Shown: positions 26,910-35,871 of the stretch, piece after piece | How positions within the stretch are numbered: the first letter of the stretch is position 1 | Layout of the letters: each line of letters opens with the position of its first letter | Program-made: the position numbers and the translations under genes | The notes under the pieces: model-generated | What the model saw: only the letters and a program-made list of their open reading frames with translations | What the model was told of the DNA's origin: nothing | Database searches by the model: none | Assembly (NCBI RefSeq): GCF_963538455.1 | Contig: NZ_CAUTHR010000011.1 | DNA length: 64,000 bases | Source: Rothia mucilaginosa | GTDB lineage: Bacteria > Actinomycetota > Actinomycetes > Actinomycetales > Micrococcaceae | Strand: one strand, 5' to 3'

Positions 26910-29900
26910 ATGGATGCGCCCGATTCAACTAATGTGAGCACTGAAAGAGTTAAGTTTGATGATGCAACATCTGATGCTTTTGCGAATGCCTGCCGTGGCG
27001 TAGCGCAGAACATTGATAATGCTCTTCCCGGCCTCAAGTCCTCTTTGACGAAGGCTCTTGAGGATTTTGAAGGTCACTACGCAGAGATTACGGCAGCCAA
27101 TATTGACACTGCAGTCAGTGATGGTCGTGATATTGCGAATATTCTGCGCCAGCTGGCAACGGTGGTGGACCGCCTCAAGGAAGCTGCTCATAAGGAAAAT
27201 GAGAACCGCGACCGTATGTACCACTATGAGACTGACTTGGGCGGTTTCCGTAAATGGTGGAATGAAACGTTCGGAGGTGATCCTCCGAAGGCTGAGCATT
27301 ACGTACCTGACACCAATATTGATACTGCGTCGTTAGGTCATCGTGAGAGCACTGAGACTCGTTCATCGGGTATGCCTGTTTCTTCAGCGCGCCCTTCAAC
27401 CGTGCGTGCTCTTTCTGGTACTTTGGCGAACCTTGGTACTAGCTTTGACGCTGAGCCCGGTAAGCTCCGTAGCCTTGCTTCTGAATTTGCAGCTAAGTGC
27501 CAGTGGGGAACCATTGATGCTGAAAATCTCATCAGCACGTTTGAAGCGTGGAATAAGTCGAACGCTAATGATAAGACTTGGCTGGGCGTTGTAGCCGCTA
27601 CTTTTGAAAAGTACGGTAGCTCAGGCCAGATTGTTGCCGTTGCTGATTCTGTTCTGGATGGCGCCATTAGTGCAGCTGGAGTTAGCACCGAGCGTCACGA
27701 TTTGGAAGTTCCGACTCCGGCTATTGTGGGTAAGTCTACGACCAGCGGTTACGTGAACGACCCCGTGAACGTTGCGACCGGTAACTTCATTGAAGAAGAA
27801 ACCGATATGGCGTTTGCTGGTGTGGTTTCTGCTTGCTCTGTAACTCGCATGTACAACAGTGTGGCTGTCTTTGGTCAGCACGCTGTATCCGGTGTGTTCG
27901 GTGCCGGCTGGTCTTCGAATATTGAGAGCCGTGTGCAGCTGAACGTTGAGAATGCTGTCTGGACGATGGCTGACGGTCGTGAGGTCACCTTCGACCGAAT
28001 GATTCGTGAGGATGGTACCCACGGCTATGCGCGTGCCCCGCGTGAAGCGTGGTGGCTTGAAGAACTGCCCCTTACCCAGCTGATGGGTGAAGAGGGTTCT
28101 ATTGCTGACCCCTCTCTGCGTTATATTTTGCAGGCGACGGGCTACGATGCCTCGTCCCTGCTGCGTATCTCCGACAACGCTGGAACCCAGCACATTTTTA
28201 GCCTCACCGGTGTTTACCTGGGCATGAGCGCTGGAGCAGGTACTGCTGTCGCGTACCTGCGCGATGAAGAGGGCCGCGTTGGTGCTATCGTGCATCAGCG
28301 CGGTGCACGTATCAACGTGGAGTACACCGAAGGCGGCCTTGTCGGTGCTATTCACTCTTCACGCGGTCAGTCTGTGCGTTACGAGTACGTCACCCTTGAC
28401 GGTCGTACTCACCTGTGCGCTGTGCACGGTGACGCCGGTACCCGCCGTTATGAACATGACGCTGCCGGTCTGATTTACCGCGTGGTGGCTAGTACCGGCA
28501 CCGTTGAGGTGACGAACTACTACGACCCTGCCGGTCGCATTACCGAGCAGGACACCGAATACGGTCGTCGTGTTCGTTACCGCTACCTGCCGAACGGCAT
28601 TACTGACGTTTCGAACGAAGACGCCTCCTATACGAACCTGTGGGTTAGCGACCAGTACGCACGCCTGACCGCCATTGTTGACGCGGAAGGTGGGCGTGCT
28701 AGCTATGCCTACGATGACTTTGGTAACCGTGTGAGTGTGGTGGACCGCGATGGTTCCCGCATCACTCGCTATAGCGATGAGCGCGGCCGTATTATTCGTG
28801 AGGTCACTGATGAGGGCGCTGAAACCCTCTTCGCGTATGACGAGCAGGACCGCGTAGTTTCTATGACGGTGAGTGCTATTGAGACGGATCCGCGCGCTCG
28901 CCGTGCCGCCCGTCTGGCTCGCCGTGCTCGCCTGGAGGCTGAGGCTCAGGGTTGCACCCTCGATGAGGCTACTTTGGGGCAGGAGTCTGCCCAGAGCCCT
29001 GCCGTAAGCCCGATGACTACGGTGACTTACGAGTACGCGAATGATTTTGAGCGTAACCCCTCTTCTATGACCGATGGTAACGGTCATGTGACCCGTTTTG
29101 AGTGGGCTGACGGCCTGCTGCAGCGTGTGGTGAGCCCTGAAGGTGTTACCGTCTCCCTGGAGTATGACGATTTTGGCCTGCTGACCGGTATTCGTAATGC
29201 TGAGCAGCAGCTGACCCGTTGTGAGTACTCTGCTGCGGGTCACCTGGTGAAGATTGTTTCTGCTCTTGGGCTGGAGACTGAGTTCACCTATGATTCTGCC
29301 GGTCACATGGTGTGCTGTCAGGACCCGGATGGTTCCCGCTGGCGTTTTGAGTACGCTGCTGGCGGTCGCCTGGTGGCATCGGTGGACCCTGCTGGTGCTC
29401 GCACCGAGTACGAGTACGGTCCGAGCGGTGACATTGTGGCAATGGTTGACCCGCTGGGTCGCCGCATGGAGCGTTCCTTTGATACAAACGGCAATATTGA
29501 TCGCATTACCCTGCCTGGTGGTGCGCAGTTCAGCTACGCCTACGATGGCTTGATGCGCCTGGTCCGCACCATTGACCCTGCCGGTGGCGTGTGGACTCGC
29601 GAGTATGATGCCGCAAGCACCCTGACCGCGTTGATCGACCCGACCGGTGTAAGTGTACGTACTTCTGTTGATTCCTCGCGCAAGACCTTCACCACTAACG
29701 ATGGTGTTGACCGCGTGCGTATCTCGTGCGACCACCTGGGCCGCCCGGTGCGTACCGAGGTTCTCCCCGAGGATTCTGGTCCGCAGGTTAGTGCAGATGC
29801 TGACGACCCGACTGTCTCCACGATGGTTTATGACGGCGCGGGTAACCCCGTGCAGGTTCTGGACGCTGAGGGCGGTCTGAGCCGCTACGAGTACAACGGT

Positions 29901-32900
29901 TCGAACCAGATGGTGCGCATGATTTCCCCTGCGGGTCGTGTGACCGAGTACAGCTACGATGCGTGCGGTCGACTGGCTGCAACCTATGAGGCTGCCGGTA
30001 CTGCTGAGCAGTCTGTGACTCGTTACGAGTACGACGCTGATTCCCGTCTGATTCGCCAGGTGTATGGTGATGGTTCTGAGGCACGCGTTCGCTATGATGC
30101 GTGCGGTCGTGTGCTGTCCATTACCGGTTCCGGTGTGGCTTCTCCGGTGTTCTATACCTGGGATTCTTGTGGCCGTGTGAAGAGCATCCGCGATAACAAG
30201 TGGGGTACCCGTTCGTTCACCTATGATGCCGCTTCTCAGGTGGTTGCGGTGACTAATGGCGCCGGTGGCGTGACCCATTACCGTTATGACGAGGCGGGTA
30301 ACGTTACCTCCGTGATGGACCCTGCCGGTCGCATTACCAGCTACGAGTATGACCTGATGGGCAATGTTCTGGCGGTCACCAATCCGCTGGGTGCGCGCAC
30401 TACCTCTACCTATGATGCTGCCGGTCGTCTGCTGACCAGCACTGACGGTAATGGTGCTGTACATTCCTTCGGCTATGACCGTGACGGTGTTCCCTGCTCC
30501 CATTCGGTGAACGGCTCTTTGTTATACCGTATGGAGCGTGATTCTGCGCGCCGTACGATGACGACCTATGACCATGCGGGCGTTGATGCGTTTGGTGCTC
30601 CCGTAGTGACCGTCGAGTCGTATGACCGTTTGGGTCGTCTGGTTCGTCAGCGCCGTGAATTCGGTGCACAGATTCCGGAGTCTTTCCGCACCGCGTACAT
30701 GGACGAGACCGGCGGCTATGAGCTCTCCTACGCATACGATGCTGATGGTCTGCGCACTGAGTTTGTGCACCCTCTGGGTTCGAGCGCTTATGCGTATGAT
30801 GCTGCTGGCCGTATGGTCAAGCAGACTGATATTACCGCGTACCGTCTGGATGGAACCGCCGTTACCTCTGAGTCTCGTGTGGAGTCTTCCTTCGAGTACA
30901 ACGCGGTAGATGCGCTGGTGCGTGCGCAGGTGTCTGATCTGGCGGGTACTTGGGTTCGTGAGTTTGGTTACCGTGGCGCACACATGACCTCTGTGACTGA
31001 GGGCCCTGTTGAGGCAGACTCGGCTGTGGCAGACTCTTCTGAGGCTCTGCACACTGAGATTATTCGTGATGATTTGGGCCGTATTAGCGGTGTGGATTCG
31101 CCCGCTGGTCTGGTCATGTACACCTACACTGATGCCCAGATGCTCTCTTCTGCCGTTCGCGGTACCGAGACTCTGCGTTGGACCTATGATGCTGCTGGCG
31201 CGCTGGTGCGTGTTGAGTACTTTGATAGCGCCCAGCCTGAGAATGCTTGGGTGAAGGTGCTGGTCACTGATGAGGGTGCCCGCGTTCGCGCAGTATGCCT
31301 CTACGGCGTGCAGGATGAGGCGAAGACCGACTCCCAGTCGGCTGAGTTTGCTCCTGCTGTTGAGGATGCTCAGGCGTGGCTTCCGCAGTGCCCGGAGTCT
31401 GTGGAACTTGAGGGCGTTACCCTGGTGCCGGTTTCGACGAGCGTGTTCTCGTATGACGGTAATGATTCGCGTCTTCTGCAGGTTTCTTCGGATGGTTCTG
31501 GCTCGTCGCTGAACTATGGTGCGGCTGGGTTTGTGAATTCGGTGGCGTCGTGGGGTTCTGCTGAGGATTCGGCTGTGTCCTTCTCGCTGCTGTGTGCTTC
31601 TACTGATGGTCGTGTGCTTGCTGCCGGTGGTGTGCTTGCTGCCGGTGGTGTGCCTGCTGGTGTGCCCGAGTTTGGCGTACCCTCAACCGGTGCTCACGCC
31701 GGTGCGGGTTCTGTGGCTGGTTTTGATGCTTCGGTGATGCACCCGCTGGTGTGGGATGAGAATTCTTTTGTTCCGCGTGTGCTGGGTGTGGGCGGCTCGT
31801 CGTTGCCTTCTGTGGGTTCGTTGGTTCCTGGTGCTGGTTCTGGTGCCGGTCTGTTGGATCCGTATGGTTGGGCTTCTTTGGGTGTTGCTGCGCCTGCTGT
31901 GCCGTCTGCTCAGGGGGCTGGTGTTGCGCCTGTGTTGCCGGATTTGCTGGTTGGTGTTTCTGCGGCTTCGGGTGTGGTGCTGGGTTCTTCTGGTTTTGAG
32001 GTGTTGGGTGCCCGTGTGGTGGATTCGCGTGTGGCTCGCTTTACTGCGCCTGATCCTTTGGCGGCTCCTGTGGGTGCTGGTTGGGGTGCTGATCCGTTCT
32101 CGCTGGTGGGTGGTAATCCGGTTTCTTTGGTGGATCCGTGGGGTTTGTCGCCGATTTCGTTTGAGGAGTATGAGCAGTATCGTCAGGATCGCATCAAGAG
32201 TAAGGGTGCGATTATGGCGGCTCGTTGGTTGCAGGTGGCTGCTGTTGCGGTAGTGGTTGCGTCTGTATTTTTGGGTGGTCCTCTTATTGCGGCTATTGCT
32301 TGGGGTGCTTTTGCTGGTGGGTTGGAAGGTATGGCAACTGGTCTGGAAAAGACTAAGAACGGCCAGATTGATTGGAATCAGGTGCTCCTGGAAGGAGGGT
32401 ATGGCGCGGCAAAGGGTGCTATAACTGGTGGCGTTGCGAAGGTATTTACTCATGCTCAAGTTTTCGCTAAGGTGCCGGTAAATGGTGCGACGGAGTGGAT
32501 TGCTTCTAAGGCTGGTTCTAGTAGGTTCGTGCCTTCAATCATTCAGAAGCCTGCTCAGAAGGCTGCTTCATTTATTAGCGCCCGTAGAGATTCCGTGAGT
32601 AAGGTTAGTTGGAAGACTAAGGACCCTGTGCCTTGGGTGAGGATGCAGAATATAGCTGGTAAGTATGCTCCGGAGATTGCGGGTGAGTCATTGTCTGCTG
32701 GTGTGGGATCCGTAATGGATTACACGAAGAAGGCCGAGAATTTTAAGGCTGAGGATGCTGCAGCAAGTTTTCTGTCTGGTACAGTGACTGGGTTCCATAA
32801 GAGTCTTATAACAGTTCCTGTGAAGGCTAAGTACTCGGCGAAGGATACTAAAAAGACTTCAGTGTATAATTTTGCGAAGCGGACTGTTGCTAATGATATG

Positions 32901-33170
32901 GCATCGCGTGCAGCAAATGTTTCCTTTGATTGGATAGATAAGGGGTTTCAGCGCCGGTTGTTGAATGACTCTGCCCGGAATCCGAAGCCTGTCTCTGAGC
33001 GTCAAGCTGAGCGCTTGTTGGTAAAGGACTTCCAAGACGCTGTTATGGGTAATTCGAAGAGTAATTTCAAGTCTGCGGCCAGTGGGCTTAAAGGCGGCTG
33101 GGATGATGCGAAGGATCAGGCTAAGATGGGTGCGAATTCTGTGACTAGCACTGATACCCATGAGGAGTAG
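26910..33170 (+). CDS. Rhs/YD-repeat polymorphic toxin with helical T7SS-type N-terminus and DUF6531-like domain
   Basis: Helical N-terminus with FEG and QWG, DPVNVATGNF, many YD repeats, core end RFTAPDP..GGNPVSLVDPWGL, ~340-aa C-terminus. Start at ATG 26910 (GAAAGG RBS). Confidence 0.92.
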   Translation: MDAPDSTNVSTERVKFDDATSDAFANACRGVAQNIDNALPGLKSSLTKALEDFEGHYAEITAANIDTAVSDGRDIANILRQLATVVDRLKEAAHKENENRDRMYHYETDLGGFRKWWNETFGGDPPKAEHYVPDTNIDTASLGHRESTETRSSGMPVSSARPSTVRALSGTLANLGTSFDAEPGKLRSLASEFAAKCQWGTIDAENLISTFEAWNKSNANDKTWLGVVAATFEKYGSSGQIVAVADSVLDGAISAAGVSTERHDLEVPTPAIVGKSTTSGYVNDPVNVATGNFIEEETDMAFAGVVSACSVTRMYNSVAVFGQHAVSGVFGAGWSSNIESRVQLNVENAVWTMADGREVTFDRMIREDGTHGYARAPREAWWLEELPLTQLMGEEGSIADPSLRYILQATGYDASSLLRISDNAGTQHIFSLTGVYLGMSAGAGTAVAYLRDEEGRVGAIVHQRGARINVEYTEGGLVGAIHSSRGQSVRYEYVTLDGRTHLCAVHGDAGTRRYEHDAAGLIYRVVASTGTVEVTNYYDPAGRITEQDTEYGRRVRYRYLPNGITDVSNEDASYTNLWVSDQYARLTAIVDAEGGRASYAYDDFGNRVSVVDRDGSRITRYSDERGRIIREVTDEGAETLFAYDEQDRVVSMTVSAIETDPRARRAARLARRARLEAEAQGCTLDEATLGQESAQSPAVSPMTTVTYEYANDFERNPSSMTDGNGHVTRFEWADGLLQRVVSPEGVTVSLEYDDFGLLTGIRNAEQQLTRCEYSAAGHLVKIVSALGLETEFTYDSAGHMVCCQDPDGSRWRFEYAAGGRLVASVDPAGARTEYEYGPSGDIVAMVDPLGRRMERSFDTNGNIDRITLPGGAQFSYAYDGLMRLVRTIDPAGGVWTREYDAASTLTALIDPTGVSVRTSVDSSRKTFTTNDGVDRVRISCDHLGRPVRTEVLPEDSGPQVSADADDPTVSTMVYDGAGNPVQVLDAEGGLSRYEYNGSNQMVRMISPAGRVTEYSYDACGRLAATYEAAGTAEQSVTRYEYDADSRLIRQVYGDGSEARVRYDACGRVLSITGSGVASPVFYTWDSCGRVKSIRDNKWGTRSFTYDAASQVVAVTNGAGGVTHYRYDEAGNVTSVMDPAGRITSYEYDLMGNVLAVTNPLGARTTSTYDAAGRLLTSTDGNGAVHSFGYDRDGVPCSHSVNGSLLYRMERDSARRTMTTYDHAGVDAFGAPVVTVESYDRLGRLVRQRREFGAQIPESFRTAYMDETGGYELSYAYDADGLRTEFVHPLGSSAYAYDAAGRMVKQTDITAYRLDGTAVTSESRVESSFEYNAVDALVRAQVSDLAGTWVREFGYRGAHMTSVTEGPVEADSAVADSSEALHTEIIRDDLGRISGVDSPAGLVMYTYTDAQMLSSAVRGTETLRWTYDAAGALVRVEYFDSAQPENAWVKVLVTDEGARVRAVCLYGVQDEAKTDSQSAEFAPAVEDAQAWLPQCPESVELEGVTLVPVSTSVFSYDGNDSRLLQVSSDGSGSSLNYGAAGFVNSVASWGSAEDSAVSFSLLCASTDGRVLAAGGVLAAGGVPAGVPEFGVPSTGAHAGAGSVAGFDASVMHPLVWDENSFVPRVLGVGGSSLPSVGSLVPGAGSGAGLLDPYGWASLGVAAPAVPSAQGAGVAPVLPDLLVGVSAASGVVLGSSGFEVLGARVVDSRVARFTAPDPLAAPVGAGWGADPFSLVGGNPVSLVDPWGLSPISFEEYEQYRQDRIKSKGAIMAARWLQVAAVAVVVASVFLGGPLIAAIAWGAFAGGLEGMATGLEKTKNGQIDWNQVLLEGGYGAAKGAITGGVAKVFTHAQVFAKVPVNGATEWIASKAGSSRFVPSIIQKPAQKAASFISARRDSVSKVSWKTKDPVPWVRMQNIAGKYAPEIAGESLSAGVGSVMDYTKKAENFKAEDAAASFLSGTVTGFHKSLITVPVKAKYSAKDTKKTSVYNFAKRTVANDMASRAANVSFDWIDKGFQRRLLNDSARNPKPVSERQAERLLVKDFQDAVMGNSKSNFKSAASGLKGGWDDAKDQAKMGANSVTSTDTHEE

Positions 33171-33179
33171 TGTATTTAA

Positions 33180-33842
33180 ATGATATCGGATATATTTTAT
33201 AGTGTTTTCTGGGGAATTATCTTAGTACTGTCCATCATCTCTGTTCCCTACATTATTATTAGGTATGAGATTAATCGACGCCAAGATAAGAAAAAAGAAG
33301 AACAGGGAATTTACATTAGGCGAGTAAATCGCTTTGAGGTATGGGCTTGTATATTTAATCCGATGTTTCCTTTTTTGGGTTATATGGCTAATAGTCAGAC
33401 TGGAAATACGGGCATTTGGCTGAATCTATTTAATATTGTTATTGTGTTTTTCAGCTATCTTTATTCCCGCTACGTTCTCACCGCTTATGTGAAGCTCTCC
33501 CCTGAAGGTATTGAGCAGCGCGTCTGGTCAGCCAACCCGACCCGCTACCCTATTAACGCGATAGACAGCATCGTGTATTACGAAACGCTGAATGTTGAAG
33601 ACCAGGATATGGTGGGCTTCTATACCCGCTCTGGCAAGCAGATTGCTGCCTTCGGTCCGACTACCCACAATAACTATCGAATCTTGGCGATTGTGCGGTT
33701 CAGGATTGAGAATGAGCGTTGGCCTGATATGAATAATTCGGATGATGTGGCGAGGGTGAATGAGTTGGACGATAGGGGTATGACTATTCTTTATTTCAGG
33801 GGCCGTGAGAAGGTTACTGGCCTTGCCGACGTTGATATGTAG
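33180..33842 (+). CDS. Probable cognate immunity protein, family A copy 4
   Basis: Starts 9 nt after the Rhs stop; 3 TM plus conserved soluble domain; AT-rich. Confidence 0.82.
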   Translation: MISDIFYSVFWGIILVLSIISVPYIIIRYEINRRQDKKKEEQGIYIRRVNRFEVWACIFNPMFPFLGYMANSQTGNTGIWLNLFNIVIVFFSYLYSRYVLTAYVKLSPEGIEQRVWSANPTRYPINAIDSIVYYETLNVEDQDMVGFYTRSGKQIAAFGPTTHNNYRILAIVRFRIENERWPDMNNSDDVARVNELDDRGMTILYFRGREKVTGLADVDM

Positions 33843-33852
33843 CACCGTATAG

Positions 33853-33899
33853 AGAAAGCCTCTGGGTTGAGAGATTACCTCTCAGCCCAGGGGCTTTCT
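33853..33899 (+). terminator. Repeated palindromic terminator (cassette 1)
   Basis: AGAAAGCCTCTGGGTTGAGAG-N-CTCTCAGCCCAGGGGCTTTCT. Confidence 0.8.
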
Positions 33900-34152
33900 G
33901 TATACCTAGGGTCAGCCGAGAAACTTGGGTGGATACGGGCCCAAGCCCACCCGCTGGTGAATGGTCGCCCAGTCTTCACCCGAGCCTTGCACCGAGTTAA
34001 CCTTCTGGTCGATTAGCCCATAGAGCATCATATTGATCTATATTTCCGCTTATCAAAGCTTTCAAGTACATAGAGTATCCTTGGGAAGAGTACGCCACCT
34101 GCAGGTGGTGCCCTTCCGGATATTCACCAACCATACGAAATGAGAACCCGTC

Positions 34153-34812
34153 ATGCGCAATTTCTTGATTATCTTCTGGGGTATCTTCGCTGCGTTCACA
34201 ACAGTTGCGACATTTTATGTCCTCATCAATTACGAGGTGCAGCGTTGGAAAGATAAGCAACGGCTACGTGAGGGTATTTATATTCGACGAGTTAATCAGG
34301 CTGAAGCTCTCATTATGATATTTACCCCCGCCTTCCCCTGTCTTTCGTTTGTAGCCCATATATACAGCCCTGATTCAATAAATACAGGGACTGAAATATT
34401 GGTCTTTTTGCTATCGGCTATGTTCATTGCCTTTTTGCGTTATGTGCATGTCGCTTATGTGAAGCTTTCTCCTGAAGGTATCGAGCAGCGTGTCTGGTCA
34501 GCTAACCCAACGGTCTACCCGATAGGTGCGATTGATAGCGTTACCTACTACAAGACCGTGGATGTTGAAGATCAGGATATGGTGGGTTTTTATACTAAGT
34601 CGGGTAAGCAGATTGCTGCTTTTGGTCCGATGACTCATAACAATTACCGGATTCTGGCGATTGTGCGGTTCAGGATTGAGAACGAGCGTTGGCCTGATAT
34701 GGATAATCCGGATGATGTGGTGCAGGTGGACGCGTTTGATAAGAGGGGTATGACAATTTCTTATTTCAGGGATCTGGAGAAGGTTACTGGTCTTGCTGAC
34801 GTGGATATGTAG
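34153..34812 (+). CDS. Putative immunity membrane protein, family A copy 5
   Basis: Same motifs; tandem duplicate. Confidence 0.82.
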   Translation: MRNFLIIFWGIFAAFTTVATFYVLINYEVQRWKDKQRLREGIYIRRVNQAEALIMIFTPAFPCLSFVAHIYSPDSINTGTEILVFLLSAMFIAFLRYVHVAYVKLSPEGIEQRVWSANPTVYPIGAIDSVTYYKTVDVEDQDMVGFYTKSGKQIAAFGPMTHNNYRILAIVRFRIENERWPDMDNPDDVVQVDAFDKRGMTISYFRDLEKVTGLADVDM

Positions 34813-34822
34813 CACCGTATAG

Positions 34823-34869
34823 AGAGAGCCCCTGGGCTGAGAGATGATCTCTCAGCCCAGGGGTTTTCT
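34823..34869 (+). terminator. Repeated palindromic terminator (cassette 2)
   Basis: CCCCTGGGCTGAGAG-N-CTCTCAGCCCAGGGG followed by TTTT. Confidence 0.8.
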
Positions 34870-35102
34870 GTGTACCAGCGGCTGCTCACCTGAGTGCCAC
34901 CCGCTGGTGAATGGCCGCCCAGTCTTTACCCGAGCCTTGCGCCTAGTTATCCTTCTGGTCGATTAGCCCATAGAGCATCATATTGCTCTGTATTTCCACT
35001 TATCAGAGCTTTCAAGCACATAGAGTATCCTTGGGGAAGGTACGTCACCTGCCGGTGGTGCGCTTCCGGATATTCACCAACCACACGAAACGAGAACCTA
35101 CC

Positions 35103-35762
35103 ATGCTTAGTCTCCCCCTGATTTTCTGGAGCACTGTTACTTTACTTACAACAGTTGCGATGTTTTATGTCCTCATCAATTATGAGGTGCAGCGTTGGAA
35201 AGATAAGCAACGGCTACGTGAGGGTATTTATATCCGACGGGTTACTCAGCTCGAAGCTTTAGTAATAATAATATTGCCCATTTTTCCAGCTCTTATGGTT
35301 ATATACCATATATACGAACCTGGTATAGATGATGTGGTGTTTGAGATACTGGCTTTATTGCTACCACTACTAGGTACTGCATACTTACGGTATGTGCATG
35401 TGGCCTACGTGAAAACCTCCGCCGACGGCATTGAGCAGCGCATCTGGTTCTCCAACCCGACCCGTTACCCTTTCACCGCGATTAACCGCGTCGTGTTCTA
35501 CAAAGCAGCAAAATATGAAGACGAAGATACGGTGGGATTCTACGCTAAGTCAGGTACTCAGATTGCGCTGTTTAGCCCGTTGCCTCATAAAAATTACCGG
35601 CTTTTGGCGATTGTGCGGTTCAGGATTGAGAACGAGCGTTGGCCTGATATGGATAATCCTGATGATATGGCTCAGGTGGACCGTTTGGATTGTGCTGGGA
35701 AGACGATGCGTTACTTTGAGAATTTGGGGAAGGTTACTGGTCTTGCCGACGTCTACATGTAG
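35103..35762 (+). CDS. Putative immunity membrane protein, family A copy 6
   Basis: Start trimmed to MLSLPL by alignment; shares FYVLINYEVQRWKDKQRLREGIYIRRV with copy 5. Confidence 0.82.
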   Translation: MLSLPLIFWSTVTLLTTVAMFYVLINYEVQRWKDKQRLREGIYIRRVTQLEALVIIILPIFPALMVIYHIYEPGIDDVVFEILALLLPLLGTAYLRYVHVAYVKTSADGIEQRIWFSNPTRYPFTAINRVVFYKAAKYEDEDTVGFYAKSGTQIALFSPLPHKNYRLLAIVRFRIENERWPDMDNPDDMAQVDRLDCAGKTMRYFENLGKVTGLADVYM

Positions 35763-35790
35763 CACTGCACGGCGTTAGTTTCGAATATAG

Positions 35791-35837
35791 AGAAAGCCCT
35801 TGGGCTGAGAGATTGCCTCTCAGCCCAGGGGCTTTCT
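35791..35837. terminator. Repeated palindromic terminator (cassette 3; also serves convergent kinase)
   Basis: AGAAAGCCCTTGGGCTGAGAG-N-CTCTCAGCCCAGGGGCTTTCT. Confidence 0.8.
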
Positions 35838-35871
35838 GCATGCCGGTGGCAGCTAGCCTAGAGTGCCACCG

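Larger units (their letters stand above)
33947..35102 (+). repeat. ~205-bp direct repeat of leader region (33947-34152 and 34897-35102)
   Basis: Alignable at offset 950 from CCACCCGCTGGTGAATGG to TATTCACCAACCA..GAGAACC..ATG. Confidence 0.85.

Noticed and set aside
21757..35762. N-terminal extensions in the ORF track (22563, 26283, 26823, 34983 starts)
   Set aside because: Alignment with paralogues and RBS positions favour the downstream ATG starts.
26910..35762. Diversity-generating retroelement or orphan Rhs tip array as the source of variation
   Set aside because: No reverse transcriptase, no adenine-specific template/variable repeat pair and no second Rhs core-end fragment found.
33843..35871. 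Integron attC or CRISPR interpretation of the repeated palindromes
   Set aside because: Repeats are separated by whole paralogous genes, look like terminators, and no integrase or cas gene is present.
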